NCBI GenBank assembly: GCA_964016885.1 | Contig: OZ024752.1 | Span: 9,300,001 to 9,364,000 of the forward strand | Direction: 5' to 3' | Length of the DNA: 64,000 nt | DNA from: Eledone cirrhosa | Lineage: Eukaryota | In this document: piece by piece, positions 10,905-22,788 of the stretch | How positions within the stretch are numbered: position 1 is the first letter of the stretch | Layout: every line of letters starts with the position of its first letter | Program-made: the position numbers and the translations under genes | Notes under the pieces: generated by a model | The model's database searches: none | Told to the model about the DNA's origin: nothing | The model's input: only the letters and a program-made list of their open reading frames with translations

Positions 10905-13900
10905 ATGGATGTGTTAAGAGTAGGATGTTTGAATGCACGTGGCCTGGGCTCAACTTGGAAGCAAGCAAAGCTTCTAAATGACCTCAGGTCATGTAGTATA
11001 AATGTAATGGTTATCTGTGAGACTCGAATCAGCGTCATGCGGCAGCTGGCCCCCACCTTCGATGACTTTGAGGTGCATGCATCTCTCTGTCAACCTGGAG
11101 GTGGGGGTGGGGTTGTCGTGCTGCTGCAAAAACACCTGGGTCTTGCCGTACAGGTTGTGCACTCGGACCCGGAGGGTCGTTTGTTGGTGCTAGACGTTGG
11201 CAGTAGTGAAAGTGCGGCCTTGAGACTGGTCGCCGTCTACTCCCCTTTCGGAGCTGAACGGCCCGACTTCTTCCAGCGTTTGGAGACTTTTCTGGGAACG
11301 TCGCGTTCCCTGCTTCTAGCGGGGGATTGGAATGACATCCTAGATGCACGTTGGGACTATGCAGGAGCATGTCCTAATAGAGGGGGGTGTAACAGCCTCA
11401 AGGGGTTACTCGACCGTTTTAACTTGGTCGATAGATATCGACTAGATTTTCCAACTGTGCCTACCTGGACTTGGAGAAACCACAGTGGTCAATCTAGATC
11501 GTACTTAGATAGATTCTTAGTTAGAAGTAAGGATAGGGACATATTAAGCTGTCCAGAAATGCGCACGGTTGGCTACACGGATCACAAATTAGTGACCTGC
11601 GTGGTCAATCTCGAGAAAACACATAGACAGGGTCCCGGTTACTGGAAACTTAATTTGTCTTTACCGGCAAAAGAGACTTACAGAAACCGGATTAGCAGAT
11701 TAGTTAAGGAGAGGTTGACGGGTGCAATCGTCAACAACCGATGGTGGGCATCTCTCAAAAGAGAGATTAGAACAGAATCAATAAGCTATAGCAAGATGTT
11801 AGCTGCCAATAGGAATAGAAACGAGAAAGAATTAACAGGTAAATTAGAAGAGGCAATCAAGAGCGAAGATGTGGCCAGAGTGCTGGCATCGAGGACGGCC
11901 TTGAACCAGTTTTTCGATGCAAAGCATGAAGGCTGCGTCATTCGAAGTAAAATACGTGCTCTAGGTAATGAGGGGGCCAAAGCCGTTGGATGGGCCCGCG
12001 TGACAGAAGCTAAAAGTGGAAATCGATCCACCATCCGGTCGTTGCAAGACGAAGATGGACGAGTGATCCGGGAGCCTAAGCAGATGTGCGAGGCCTTTCA
12101 AAAGCACTTTGCCCGATTGTTCGGGGGAGGCGAGGGTCCGGGCCGGGGCGTGAATTTCGGTCCATACCTCGACGGCCTGCCGCGTCTCTCGAACAAAGAG
12201 GCGGAGTCCTGCGAGGGACCAATCTCGGCTGATGAGATCGGAGATGCGCTGAGCCAATGCAGCAGACGCAAATCTCCAGGTCTCGATGGTATACCTTACG
12301 AACTTTATTTAGCAATGCCGGTCTTCTTCTCCGAACTCCTCGAAGCGGTCTACTGCAATTGGCAGCAGAACGGGAGAATTCCTTGTTCTGTAGCCAAGGG
12401 CGTAGTCACGCTGGTGAGGAAGGACGAGAACAAGGGGGATAGTATAAATAATTTTCGGCCCATAACCCTGCTAAACACAGAGTTAAAGATTTTGGCCAAG
12501 GTGTTAGCAAAGAGGTTGGCGCTTGTCGTGGGTGGCCTGGTGGGAGATGCGCAGACATGTGCTATCCCATCCAGGTCCATTCACGATAACCTCCACCTCA
12601 TGCGATACATCATAGAGAGGGTTGGCAACAAACCCGGCTTCGGTGGGGCCCTGATCAACTTGGATCAGTCTAAGGCCTTCGATAGGGTCGACCATGGTTA
12701 CCTGGATGCGGTGCTAGCGGCGGCTGGGTTCGGTCCTGTTTTCAGAGGCTGGATCACTGCCCTACATAGCAACCACATCTGTTCTAGGATCAAGGTGAAC
12801 GGCTACCTTTCGAAGCCGTTCGAAATCACACGATCCATTCGACAGGGGTGCCCTCTCTCCTCCCTTCTGTACGTATTGACTCTCGAGCCTTTACTGAGGA
12901 AGTTGGAGTTGTTGCAGGGTATCCCCCTGGAACCAGGATTGAGCAAAGCGGTGTCGGCCTACGCCGATGACGTAACAGTAATGGTATCAACCGACTCGGA
13001 GATCGAGGCGATCGGTACCTTACTGGAGGAGTACGAAAGGTTGTCAGGAGCGAAACTGAACCGGGAAAAATCCATCGGGCTGCAACTCGGAACGTGGAGA
13101 GGCAGACCGATGCCTCCCGATGGTGTCGTCGGACACTGGACGGAGGGCCCGGTAAAGTTGCTTGGGGTCTGGTTTGGACCGGACCTCCAGGTGGAAAAGA
13201 ACTGGAACGAGGTTACGAACAAGGTGTTTGCACTAACCCAGAAATGGGCCAAGTGTAAGCTGTCCCTAAAAGGCCGGGCGGAGGTGGCGAACATTTACAT
13301 AGCGTCCGTCACTTACTACCGCCTGACTGTCGTGCCTTGCCCTAAGGAAACACTCACCACCATGGAACGCATGCTCTTCCAATTTCTTTGGAAGAAGCGT
13401 CCTCCTATGGTGAGAAGATCCATCTGCTGCCAACAACCTTCGAAAGGAGGGCTGGGGATGCCGTGGTTGATGATGCGTAGGCACGCATTAAGGCTACGGC
13501 ACCTACAGGTATTCCTCACTGGTCAACCGGTGTGGGCTCCGTTCGTGAAACGAGCCTTTCCGAGACTCGTCTCACTCACCGAGCTACAGTCCTGGGTCAA
13601 GCAAAGATCCGGAAAACTGGGAGACTGGCACACTGAGTGTGCTCAGGCGCTCAGGGCTCTCTGGCAAGCGGGCCGGGCCATCGGTGGAGAATCCACCTCA
13701 TCATTCTATAGAGGGCTGGTGGCTAGCAGGGGCGATGACACCCTTGGAGAGTCGCTGGACATGGAAGAAGACGAACTGGCCAGCCTGTTCGGTAGGACTT
13801 TCGGCCCAGGACCAATGGACAACTTCCAGAAGTCACTGGCCTGGCAGTGCTACCGAGGGGCTCTACCCGTTCGAGAGAGACTCTACAGACACGGGCGCCC

Positions 13901-14342
13901 GGGCAGGGATCCCTCAAAAAAGATTTGCCCTAGATGCGTGCGTCACGAAGAAACCGTGGCGCACGCATTGGTGCAATGTCCGGGCGTGGCTGATCTGTGG
14001 GGCTACGCCGAACAACTGCTGTCGCGGGTGGCGCCGATTAAATTGACAGCCGAGTCCGTGATGACAATCAAACCGCCTCCCCTCTTCACAAAGGAAGCAA
14101 AGGCGGTTTTTCTGTGCGTAATAGCCATGTTGAAAGAGGTTGTTTGGTGGACACGATTGAAAGGTCTGAGGTCAGGCAACTTCCTCTCTGGCCATAGTCT
14201 GGTCTACTTCTTCCGATATCACTTCGGAAGAAGGATAAGAATGGAGAGAGAGGTGCTTGGCCACAGGCAGTTTTATGAAAGGTGGGTGATAGTGGCGAGA
14301 ATGGCTCGTGTAAATGGGCCTTCTCTGTATACCATCCTGTAG
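10905..14342 (+). CDS. ORF2p: APE + RT + Cys/His motif, intact
   Basis: Same motifs as copy 1; uninterrupted 1145 aa. Confidence 0.96.
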   Translation: MDVLRVGCLNARGLGSTWKQAKLLNDLRSCSINVMVICETRISVMRQLAPTFDDFEVHASLCQPGGGGGVVVLLQKHLGLAVQVVHSDPEGRLLVLDVGSSESAALRLVAVYSPFGAERPDFFQRLETFLGTSRSLLLAGDWNDILDARWDYAGACPNRGGCNSLKGLLDRFNLVDRYRLDFPTVPTWTWRNHSGQSRSYLDRFLVRSKDRDILSCPEMRTVGYTDHKLVTCVVNLEKTHRQGPGYWKLNLSLPAKETYRNRISRLVKERLTGAIVNNRWWASLKREIRTESISYSKMLAANRNRNEKELTGKLEEAIKSEDVARVLASRTALNQFFDAKHEGCVIRSKIRALGNEGAKAVGWARVTEAKSGNRSTIRSLQDEDGRVIREPKQMCEAFQKHFARLFGGGEGPGRGVNFGPYLDGLPRLSNKEAESCEGPISADEIGDALSQCSRRKSPGLDGIPYELYLAMPVFFSELLEAVYCNWQQNGRIPCSVAKGVVTLVRKDENKGDSINNFRPITLLNTELKILAKVLAKRLALVVGGLVGDAQTCAIPSRSIHDNLHLMRYIIERVGNKPGFGGALINLDQSKAFDRVDHGYLDAVLAAAGFGPVFRGWITALHSNHICSRIKVNGYLSKPFEITRSIRQGCPLSSLLYVLTLEPLLRKLELLQGIPLEPGLSKAVSAYADDVTVMVSTDSEIEAIGTLLEEYERLSGAKLNREKSIGLQLGTWRGRPMPPDGVVGHWTEGPVKLLGVWFGPDLQVEKNWNEVTNKVFALTQKWAKCKLSLKGRAEVANIYIASVTYYRLTVVPCPKETLTTMERMLFQFLWKKRPPMVRRSICCQQPSKGGLGMPWLMMRRHALRLRHLQVFLTGQPVWAPFVKRAFPRLVSLTELQSWVKQRSGKLGDWHTECAQALRALWQAGRAIGGESTSSFYRGLVASRGDDTLGESLDMEEDELASLFGRTFGPGPMDNFQKSLAWQCYRGALPVRERLYRHGRPGRDPSKKICPRCVRHEETVAHALVQCPGVADLWGYAEQLLSRVAPIKLTAESVMTIKPPPLFTKEAKAVFLCVIAMLKEVVWWTRLKGLRSGNFLSGHSLVYFFRYHFGRRIRMEREVLGHRQFYERWVIVARMARVNGPSLYTIL

Positions 14343-14556
14343 GTAAAGAAGTAAAGGAGAGGGGAGCACCTTCTCCATGTGCTCCCCGGGCAAAGGATTG
14401 CACACTTTTTCGGGGGTGTGTGCAACCCCCATCACGTCCCCTCCCTTTTGAGGTTATTTTCGATTATTTTCATGTTACACCCTTTTTACTCGATTATATG
14501 TAAACTCCCCCTTTGTATTTGTCCCTTCTTTTTATGCCTTTATGGTAAATAAAGAA

Positions 14557-14592
<36 letters not shown>

Positions 14593-14816
14593 CTCTATCA
14601 GTCGTGTGTCACTTCGCGGAGAAGTTTCCGTTAATTTATGTAAGGAAAAAACGTGAGTTTTTAGTTCAATTTTATATCATTGTGTAACTTGACCACCCGT
14701 CTGGACCTTCAGGTGGTGGGTCAACTCATTTTCGCCCCTTCAGGGGCGGAATATCCATTTAAAAAATTTTTCTCCATCGAATCTTGGAAAAAATATTGTA
14801 AAATTTTGATTACGTT

Positions 14817-16733
14817 ATGAACGCTGCGTCCAACGATAATGGTGGTGGAGAGGCGGTAAGACTACAAAGCTCGCAGTCAACAACGTCTTCTTCACTAGAT
14901 ACTATAGAGATGGAAAGACAAAATGAAAATAAAAAAACGAATTCACATCCAAACAACACAAATGACACCAAACAGCTCAATGACAACAAAAATAACAGCA
15001 AAACCAATAATGATGATAAAAGCAACAATGATAACAACAACAAAGAAAAAAATAAAGACAACGCCAATAACACCAGCATCAAAGACAACAACAACACCAA
15101 GGAAAATACGGATGATACCAACATCGGTGACAACAAGAATAACAACAAGAATAACAACAATAATGACAACACCACCAATACGGATTCCACAAAGAAACCA
15201 AAAATCTCCTTTGCGGAGAAAGTTCAAAAGAAAGAACAATTGATATATCTCGACATAACAAATGCTGAACACCTTTTAAAGGACGCTAAGAGATATGTCA
15301 CCTTCGAAAAAAATGGTGCTTTCAGCATCAATTCTCCGGTAGAAATTCGCAAGGAAACTGCTCTCAAAACGATAGTTTTTAGGACAGTTTCCAATTCTAC
15401 CCGAAAACCAGTCCAATTGTCACAGAAAGATATTGAACTGGTTTTCAAAGATTCAATGAATGATATTGCATTCATTCAAAGAAGCAAACTTTTTGGGAGT
15501 ATTTCGGTACTGATGAAGGATCAATTGACGGCCCAAAATTACTCTGTGTCGCCAATTGTATCCAACCTGTACACCTTTTTCCCTACATACATGGGAAAAA
15601 GGACACAAAAGATCAGAATCACAAGTGTCACACCAAAGGTGAACATATGGTGGATACTGTGCGGCTTCATCAATTTTGATGAAGACAGAATACTGTCAGT
15701 AGGCAAGTCCCCCAGAGATGTATTCAATGGGACTAGCATTGAAGTTCTGGTGCAAATGAGCCCAGAGCGAATAGCTATGATCCCACAGCGTGTACTCCTG
15801 GACGGACTTACCTACATAAACCTTTCGGTTGAGGGTAGGCGGCCTTCATGTTACCATTGCTTTAGCAGGGGTCACCTGAGGGCTTCCTGTCCTAAACTAA
15901 TGAACCAAAAAAAGGCTCTTCTGCCAACACCCATCAAAACAACACAACCACCAACACCACCACTACAACAACAACACCAACACACAAAAATAACCACAAC
16001 AAACACAGTCCCACCCAACCTCACTCCACCTAAAACCACTGCAAAATCACATACAGACACAACAGCTCCCCAAGACATACCCCTCCCCAATCACACAGAC
16101 GATACAACAGATGAGGCTATCTCGCCATCACCCAGTGAAGACGAGGGAGAACCCCATCGCTCGAAAAGAAAGAAAAGACATCACAAAAGCAAAAAACCAG
16201 TAAACACTACCACAAACATACAACCACCAACACAAACAACAAAAATATCACAAACAAAACCCCCACCTCCTGAAAACAAAATACCTACAACAAAACGAAA
16301 GCACACACAAGAACTACAGACAAAAACAAACACAACACAAGAAAATTACACTTACACTTACATAAACACTGAAAACAAAACACTAATGGAGACCATTACG
16401 AACGACCCTTCGGTTTTCACCGAAGGGAAAACTTTCGCCCACTCTATAAAAAATAGCAAAAAAATGAACCTAAAACTGATTAGGGTCCCTATACAAACTT
16501 ATAGGTCCCTAAAAGAAACATTTGAGAAGGATGTGGGGAATTCCTGCGTGAAACCACTCAACCGCGTCCTTCTCAAATGCCTCCCCACCCCAGACACCCC
16601 CATCCCACCAGACCCCACCCCACCAAACATCTGCGTCCCCACCCCACCGGAAACCACCACCCATCCAGACAACCCCTCCAACACCCCCATGGAAATCGTG
16701 CGGCCTGGTCCCCAGGAGGCGAAGGGTGAGTGA
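14817..16733 (+). CDS. ORF1p with CCHC zinc knuckle
   Basis: CYHCFSRGHLRASC; homologous to ORF1 of copies 1 and 2. Confidence 0.9.
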   Translation: MNAASNDNGGGEAVRLQSSQSTTSSSLDTIEMERQNENKKTNSHPNNTNDTKQLNDNKNNSKTNNDDKSNNDNNNKEKNKDNANNTSIKDNNNTKENTDDTNIGDNKNNNKNNNNNDNTTNTDSTKKPKISFAEKVQKKEQLIYLDITNAEHLLKDAKRYVTFEKNGAFSINSPVEIRKETALKTIVFRTVSNSTRKPVQLSQKDIELVFKDSMNDIAFIQRSKLFGSISVLMKDQLTAQNYSVSPIVSNLYTFFPTYMGKRTQKIRITSVTPKVNIWWILCGFINFDEDRILSVGKSPRDVFNGTSIEVLVQMSPERIAMIPQRVLLDGLTYINLSVEGRRPSCYHCFSRGHLRASCPKLMNQKKALLPTPIKTTQPPTPPLQQQHQHTKITTTNTVPPNLTPPKTTAKSHTDTTAPQDIPLPNHTDDTTDEAISPSPSEDEGEPHRSKRKKRHHKSKKPVNTTTNIQPPTQTTKISQTKPPPPENKIPTTKRKHTQELQTKTNTTQENYTYTYINTENKTLMETITNDPSVFTEGKTFAHSIKNSKKMNLKLIRVPIQTYRSLKETFEKDVGNSCVKPLNRVLLKCLPTPDTPIPPDPTPPNICVPTPPETTTHPDNPSNTPMEIVRPGPQEAKGE

Positions 16734-16766
16734 TCTCTTTTCCTCTTTTAACTTTTCAGCACCAAC

Positions 16767-19700
16767 ATGGCCAATATAAGAGTTGGATGTGTGAATGTAC
16801 GCGGCCTGGGGATGCCCTGGAAACAGGGCAAACTCTTAAACGACCTCAGGTCGCACAGTTTGGATGTGGTAGCCATTTGCGAGTCCAGGATCCACGGCGA
16901 GCGACAGCTGGCCCCCATCTTCGATGACTTTGAGATCTACGCATCTCTCTGTCAACCGGGGGGTGGGGGCGGAGTTGCCGTTTTGCTGCGGAAACACCTG
17001 GGCCTCGTAACACAGACGGTACATCTGGACCCGGAGGGTCGACTGGTGGTCCTAGACGTTGACGGTAGTGAAGGTGGAGCGTTCAGGCTGGTGGCCGCAT
17101 ATGCCCCATCCGGGACACCGCGGCCAGACTTCTTCAAACGTCTAGAGACTTTTCTGGGAACGTCCCGCTCCTTGCTTTTAGTGGGGGACTGGAATGGAAT
17201 CCTAGATGCACGTTGGGACTATGTGGGAGCATGTCCCGATAAAGGGGGGTGTAACAGCCTCAAACAGTTAATCGACCGATTTGACCTGGCCGATAGATAT
17301 CGACTAGATTTTCCGACTGCGCCACTGTGGACGTGGAGTAATCGTAGCGGAACATCTAGATCGTACCTAGATAGGGTTCTAGTTAGAAATAAGGATAGGG
17401 ACATGTTAAGCTGTCCACAAATGTTCATGGTTGCCTATTCAGATCACAAACTAGTGACCTGCATGGCCAACCTTGATAGAACCCATAGACAAGGACCCGG
17501 CTACTGGAAGCTGAACTTGTCGTTACCGACAAGCAAAGCCTACAGTAGACGGATTAGCACTTTAGTTAAACAGCACTTGACAGGGGCCATTGTCAACAAC
17601 AGATGGTGGTACTCTCTCAAGAGGGCAGTTAGATTAGACTCGATAGTTTTTAGTAAAGAATTAGCGTTAGATAGAAATAGAACCGAGAAGGAACTGGTAG
17701 ATAAAGTAGAAGAGGCAATTAGAAGTGGCAACGTAGCCAGCGTGCTAGCAACGAGAACGGCCTTGGACCAGTTCTTTGACGCAAAGCACGAGGGCTGCGT
17801 TGTCAGAAGCAAAATACGTGCTCTGGGAAACGAGGGAGCCAAAGCTGTTAGCTGGGCCCGAGTGACGGAGGCAAAAAGTGGCAACAAGTCCACGATTCGG
17901 TCTTTGAAGGACCAAAACGGACGCGTGATACGTGAGCCGAAGCAGATGTGTGCGGCTTTTCAGCGGCACTTTGCTCGGCTGTTCGGGGGGAGCGGCGCGC
18001 CGGGAGAGGCTATGGATTTCGGTCCATACCTCGACGGCCTACCGCGACTCTCGGACAGCGAGGCGAAGTTCTGCGAAAAGCCGATTTCAGCCACTGAGAT
18101 AGGGGACGCGCTGAGCCAATGCGGCAAACGCAAATCTCCAGGTCTCGACGGTCTACCCTACGAATTTTACGTAGCAATGCCGGACTTATTCTCCGGTCTC
18201 CTGGAAGCGGTCTACTGCAACTGGCAACAGAACGGGAGAATTCCCAGTTCTGTAACCGGGGGCGTGGTCACACTAATCAGGAAGGACGAGAATAAGGGGG
18301 ATGACATAGGCAACTTCCGGCCCATAACTCTGCTAAACACAGAGTTACAGATTTTGGCCAAGGTGTTGGCAAAGAGGCTGGCGCTTGTCGTCGAGAACCT
18401 GGTGGGAGAAGCGCAGACATGCGCGATCCCGACCAGGTCCATACACGACAACCTCCACCTCATGCGATACATCATAGAGAGGGTAGGGTGTAAACCCGGC
18501 TTCGGTGGGGCCCTGATCAACTTGGATCAGTCTAAGGCTTTCGATAGGGTTGACCATCGTTACCTGGATGCGGTGCTCGAGGCGGCAGGCTTCGGACCCG
18601 TGTTCAGGGGCTGGATTGCTGCAATGCACAACAGCAACATCTGCTCAAGGGTCAAGGTGAACGGTTACCTCTCGGAGCCGTTCCATATTACGCGATCCAT
18701 TCGACAGGGATGCCCTCTCTCCTCCCTTCTGTACGTACTGACTCTCGAGCCACTACTGCGGAAGCTGGAGCTATTGCAGGGCATCCCTCTGGAACCGGGA
18801 CTGCGGAAAGCGGCGTCGGCCTACGCCGACGACGTGACAGTAATGGTGTCGAGCGCCTCGCAAATCGAGGAAGTCGGCACCTTACTAAAGGAATACGAAA
18901 GTCTCACAGGAGCGAAGCTGAACCGGGACAAGTCCATCGGTTTGCAACTCGGATCGTGGAGAGGCAGACCGATGCCTTCCGATGGCGTCGTCGGACGCTG
19001 GACGGAAGGACCGGTAAAGCTGCTCGGGGTCTGGTTTGGTCCGGACCTCCAGGTGGAGAAGAACTGGAACGAAGTGACGGCCAAGGTGTTTGCACTCACC
19101 CAGAAGTGGGCCGAGTGCAAACTATCCTTGAAAGGTCGAGCGGAGGTGGCGAACACTTTTATAGCGTCCGCCATCTACTACCGCTTGACCGTCGTGCCTT
19201 GTCCAGCCAAAACGCTCGCCAAAATGGAGCGCGCCCTCTTCCGATTCCTTTGGAAGAGGCGGGCTCCTTTGGTAAGAAGATCCATCTGCTGCCAACACCC
19301 TTCTAACGGAGGGCTGGGGATGCCGTGGTTGACGATGCGCAAACACGCGCTCAGGCTGCGGCATCTCTACGTATTCCTCACCGGACAACCGGTGTGGGCC
19401 CCGTTCGTGAGGCGAGCCTTCCCACGACTCGTCTCGCTGACCGAGCTGCAGTCCTGGGTCAAGCAGAGACCGAGGAAAATGGGCGACTGGCACATCGAAT
19501 GTGCTCAGGCGCTCACAGCCCTCTGGCAGGCGGACCCGGCGATCAGTGGAGACTCCACTTCGTCATTCTATAGAGGGTTGGTCCGCAGCAAGTGCGACGA
19601 CGCGCTCGGTGAAACTCTAGGCGTGGAGGAAGATGAACTGGCCAGTCTGTTCGGTAGGACCTTCCGCCCGGGACCGATGGACAACTTCCAAAAGTCCCTG

Positions 19701-20205
19701 GCCTGGCAGTGCTACCGAGGAGCTCTACCAGTTCGAGACAAGCTCTACAGACATGGGCGCCCGGGCAGGGACCCTGCAAAAAAGATCTGTCCGAGGTGCG
19801 TGCGAGACGAAGAAACCGTCGCGCACGCATTCATACACTGCCCGGGCGTCACTGACCTGTGGGGCTATGTAGAACGACTATTGTCGCGGGTGGGACCAAT
19901 CCAGTTGACCACCGAGTCCATTGTCATGATCAAACCGCCACCCTCCTTCAAAAACGAAGGAGAGGCGGTTTTCCTTTGTGTGATAGCTATGGCGAAAGAG
20001 GTTGTATGGTGGACAAGGTTGAAAGGGCTGAGGTCAGACACCTTTCTCTCCGGCCAACAACTGATTCTTTTTTTTCAAATACCACTTTGGAAGAAGAATC
20101 AGGGTGGAGAGAGAGGTGCTGTACCCCAGCAAGTTTTATGAAAGGTGGGTGAAAGTGGCGAGAATGGCCCGAGTGAATGGGCCTTCTCTCTATATCAGCC
20201 TGTAG
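16767..20205 (+). CDS. ORF2p: APE + RT; +1 frameshift in a T-run at ~20068-20075
   Basis: The ORF track ends at 20141, but the homologous C-terminus (YHFGRRIRVERE...NGPSLYISL*) continues in a shifted frame to TAG 20203-20205. Confidence 0.92.
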
Positions 20206-20444
20206 GTTGAGGAAAAGGAGGAGGAGAGGAAAGGAGTACAAGCTCTTCGTACTCCTGGAGATGAGGGTTGCACATTTTTTTCGGGGGTCTGTGTTACCCA
20301 TATAAACTGTCTCCCTCTATTGGGGAAAATCGACTAACTTTTAAATTCCATCTGTGATAACATTTTACACGTTTTTATTGTATGTAAACTTCCCCCTTTG
20401 TATTTGTCCCCTTCTTTTGTGCCCCTGTGGCTAATAAAGAAATA

Positions 20445-20480
<36 letters not shown>

Positions 20481-20482
<2 letters not shown>

Positions 20483-20739
20483 GGTTGCACTTGCACAACA
20501 CGCTCCTTGAGTTGAGGGTTGTTCTATCGACGGGGTATTAAACAACCCATTTGTGGCGCCTCCCCCTATTGGGGATTTCGATTGTTGAAATTGTTTGTTT
20601 TTATATTTTTTACACGACTGTATGTAAAATCCCCGGCATGTCTTTGTATTGTCCCCTTTCTTGTTGCGCCCTTGTGGCTAATAAAGAAATCTATCTATCT
20701 ATCTTCCCCTTCTTTTGTGCCCCTGTGGCTAATAAAGAA
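20481..20739 (+). mobile_element. Two 5'-truncated 3'UTR stubs of Tx1-like elements (20481-20689 copy-5 subtype; 20706-20739 copy-3 subtype)
   Basis: Match to ~23996-24197 and ~20407-20442; separated by (TATC)n. Confidence 0.85.
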
Positions 20740-20816
<77 letters not shown>

Positions 20817-20817
<1 letters not shown>

Positions 20818-22788
20818 TTAGTAAGGTTTTAGCTGCGGATAGGAATAGGAAGGAAAGGGAGCTAATAGATAGAGTAGAAGAGGCAATTAGAAGCGGCGAC
20901 GTGGCCAGAGTGCTAGCGTCGAGAACGGCTTTGAGCCAGTTTTTCGACGCGAAGCACGAAGGCTGCGTTGTCCGAAGTAAAATACGTGCTCTAGGGAACG
21001 AGGGGACCAAAGCTGTTAGCTGGGCCCGCGTGACAGAGGCCAACAGTGGAACTAAATCCACCATCCGGTTTTTGCGAGACCTGGATGGACGGGCGATTCT
21101 TGAGCCTAAGCAGATGTGTGAGGCCTTTCAAAGGCACTTTGCCCGACTGTTCGGGAGGGGCGGGGAGCCGGTTGGGAACGTGGACTTCGGTCCATACCTC
21201 GACGGCCTGCCGCGCCTCTCGGACAGGGAGGCGAAGTCCTGCGAGGAGCCGATTTCGGCCGCTGAGATAGAGGACGTGCTGAGCCAATGCGGCAAACGCA
21301 AATCCCCGGGTCTCGATGGTCTTCCTTACGAATTATATCTAGCTATGCCGGACTTGTTCCCCGATCTCCTCGAGGCGGTCTACTGCAACTGGCAACAGAA
21401 CGGGAGAATTCCCTGTACTGTGACCAAGGGCGTAGTCACGCTAGTGAGGAAGGACGAGAACAAGGGGGAAATAAGTAACTTCAGGCCCATAACTCTGCTA
21501 AATACAGAGTTACAGATTTTGGCCAAGGTGCTAGCAAAGAGGTTGGCGCTTGTTGTGGGCAACCTGGTGGGAGATGCGCAGACATGCGCTATCCCGTCCA
21601 GGTCCATCCATGACAACCTCCACCTCATGCGATACATCATAGAGAGGGTTGGCAACGAACCCGGCTTTGGTGGGGCTCTGATCAACTTGGATCAATCTAA
21701 GGCGTTCGATAGGGTCGACCATGGTTACCTGGATGCGGTGCTAGCGGCGGCAGGCTTCGGACCCGTTTTCAGGGGCTGGATCTCTGCTATGCACAGCAGC
21801 CGCATCTGCTCTAGGGTCAAGGTGAACGGCTACCTCTCGGAGCCGTTCAAAATCGCGCGGTCCATCCGACAAGGGTGCCCTCTCTCCTCCCTTCTGTATG
21901 TGTTGACTCTCGAGCCACTACTGCGGAAGTTGGAGTTGTTGCAGGGAATACCTTTGGAACCGGGATTGCGGAAAGCGGTGTCGGCCTACGCCGATGACGT
22001 GACAGTAATGGTGTCGACGGCCTCCGAAATCGAGGCGGTCGGCACCTTACTGGAGGAGTACGAAAAGTTCACAGGGGCTAAGCTGAACCGGGACAAGTCG
22101 ATCGGTTTGCAACTCGGCACGTGGAGGGGCAGACCGATGCCCTCCGATGGCGTCGTCGGACGCTGGACGGAGGGCCCGGTGAAGTTGCTCGGGGTCTGGT
22201 TCGGACCGGACCTCCAGGTGGAGAAAAACTGGGCGGAGGTTACGAACAGGGTGTTTGCACTGACCCAGAAGTGGGCCAGTTGCAAACTATCCCTGAAAGG
22301 TCGGGCGGAGGTGGCGAACACCTACATAGCGTCCGTCATCTACTACCGCCTGACCGTAGTGCCCTGCCCAAGGGAAACCCTCACCAAGATGGAGCGCGCG
22401 CTCTTCCAATTCCTTTGGAAGAGGCGGGCTCCTATGGTGAGGAGATCCATCTGCTGTCAACACCCTTCGAAAGGAGGGCTGGGGATGCCGTGGCTAATGA
22501 TGCGTAAACACGCATTAAGGCTACGGCACCTCTACGTATTCCTCACCGGACAACCGGTGTGGGCCTCGTTTGTGAGACGAACCTTTCCAAGACTCGTCTC
22601 ACTCACCGAGCTGCAATCCTGGGTCAAGCAAAGACCGAGAAAACTGGGCGCCTGGCACACTGAGTGTGCCCAGGCGCTCACCGCTCTCTGGCAGGCGGAT
22701 CCGGTTATCAGTGGAGACTCCACCGCAACATTCTATAGAGGGCTGGTACGCAGCAGGTGCGACGACGCCCTCGGAGAAGCCCTAGACA
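20817..22788 (+). pseudogene. Internal ORF2 (RT) fragment near-identical to copy 1, truncated at both ends (copy 4)
   Basis: Collinear with ~5769-7742; 3-bp deletion (KGDE to KGE); both ends abut (TATC)n. Confidence 0.92.

Larger units (their letters stand above)
8758..14557 (+). mobile_element. Full-length Tx1/L1-clade retrotransposon, copy 2 (divergent subfamily)
   Basis: Same architecture as copy 1; ends ATGGTAAATAAAGAAA followed by (TCTA)n. Confidence 0.93.
14598..20442 (+). mobile_element. Full-length Tx1/L1-clade retrotransposon, copy 3 (third subfamily)
   Basis: Same architecture; (TATC)n flanks. Confidence 0.93.

Noticed and set aside
16726-16759. Micro-intron fusing ORF1 to ORF2 in copy 3 (GTGAGT...TTTTCAG)
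   Set aside because: Only ~34 nt, leaves the ORF2 ATG out of frame, and copies 1 and 2 have no AG at that position
20068-20075. Programmed frameshift in copy 3 ORF2
   Set aside because: A single extra T in a homopolymer, absent from the paralogs; mutation or sequencing error is more likely
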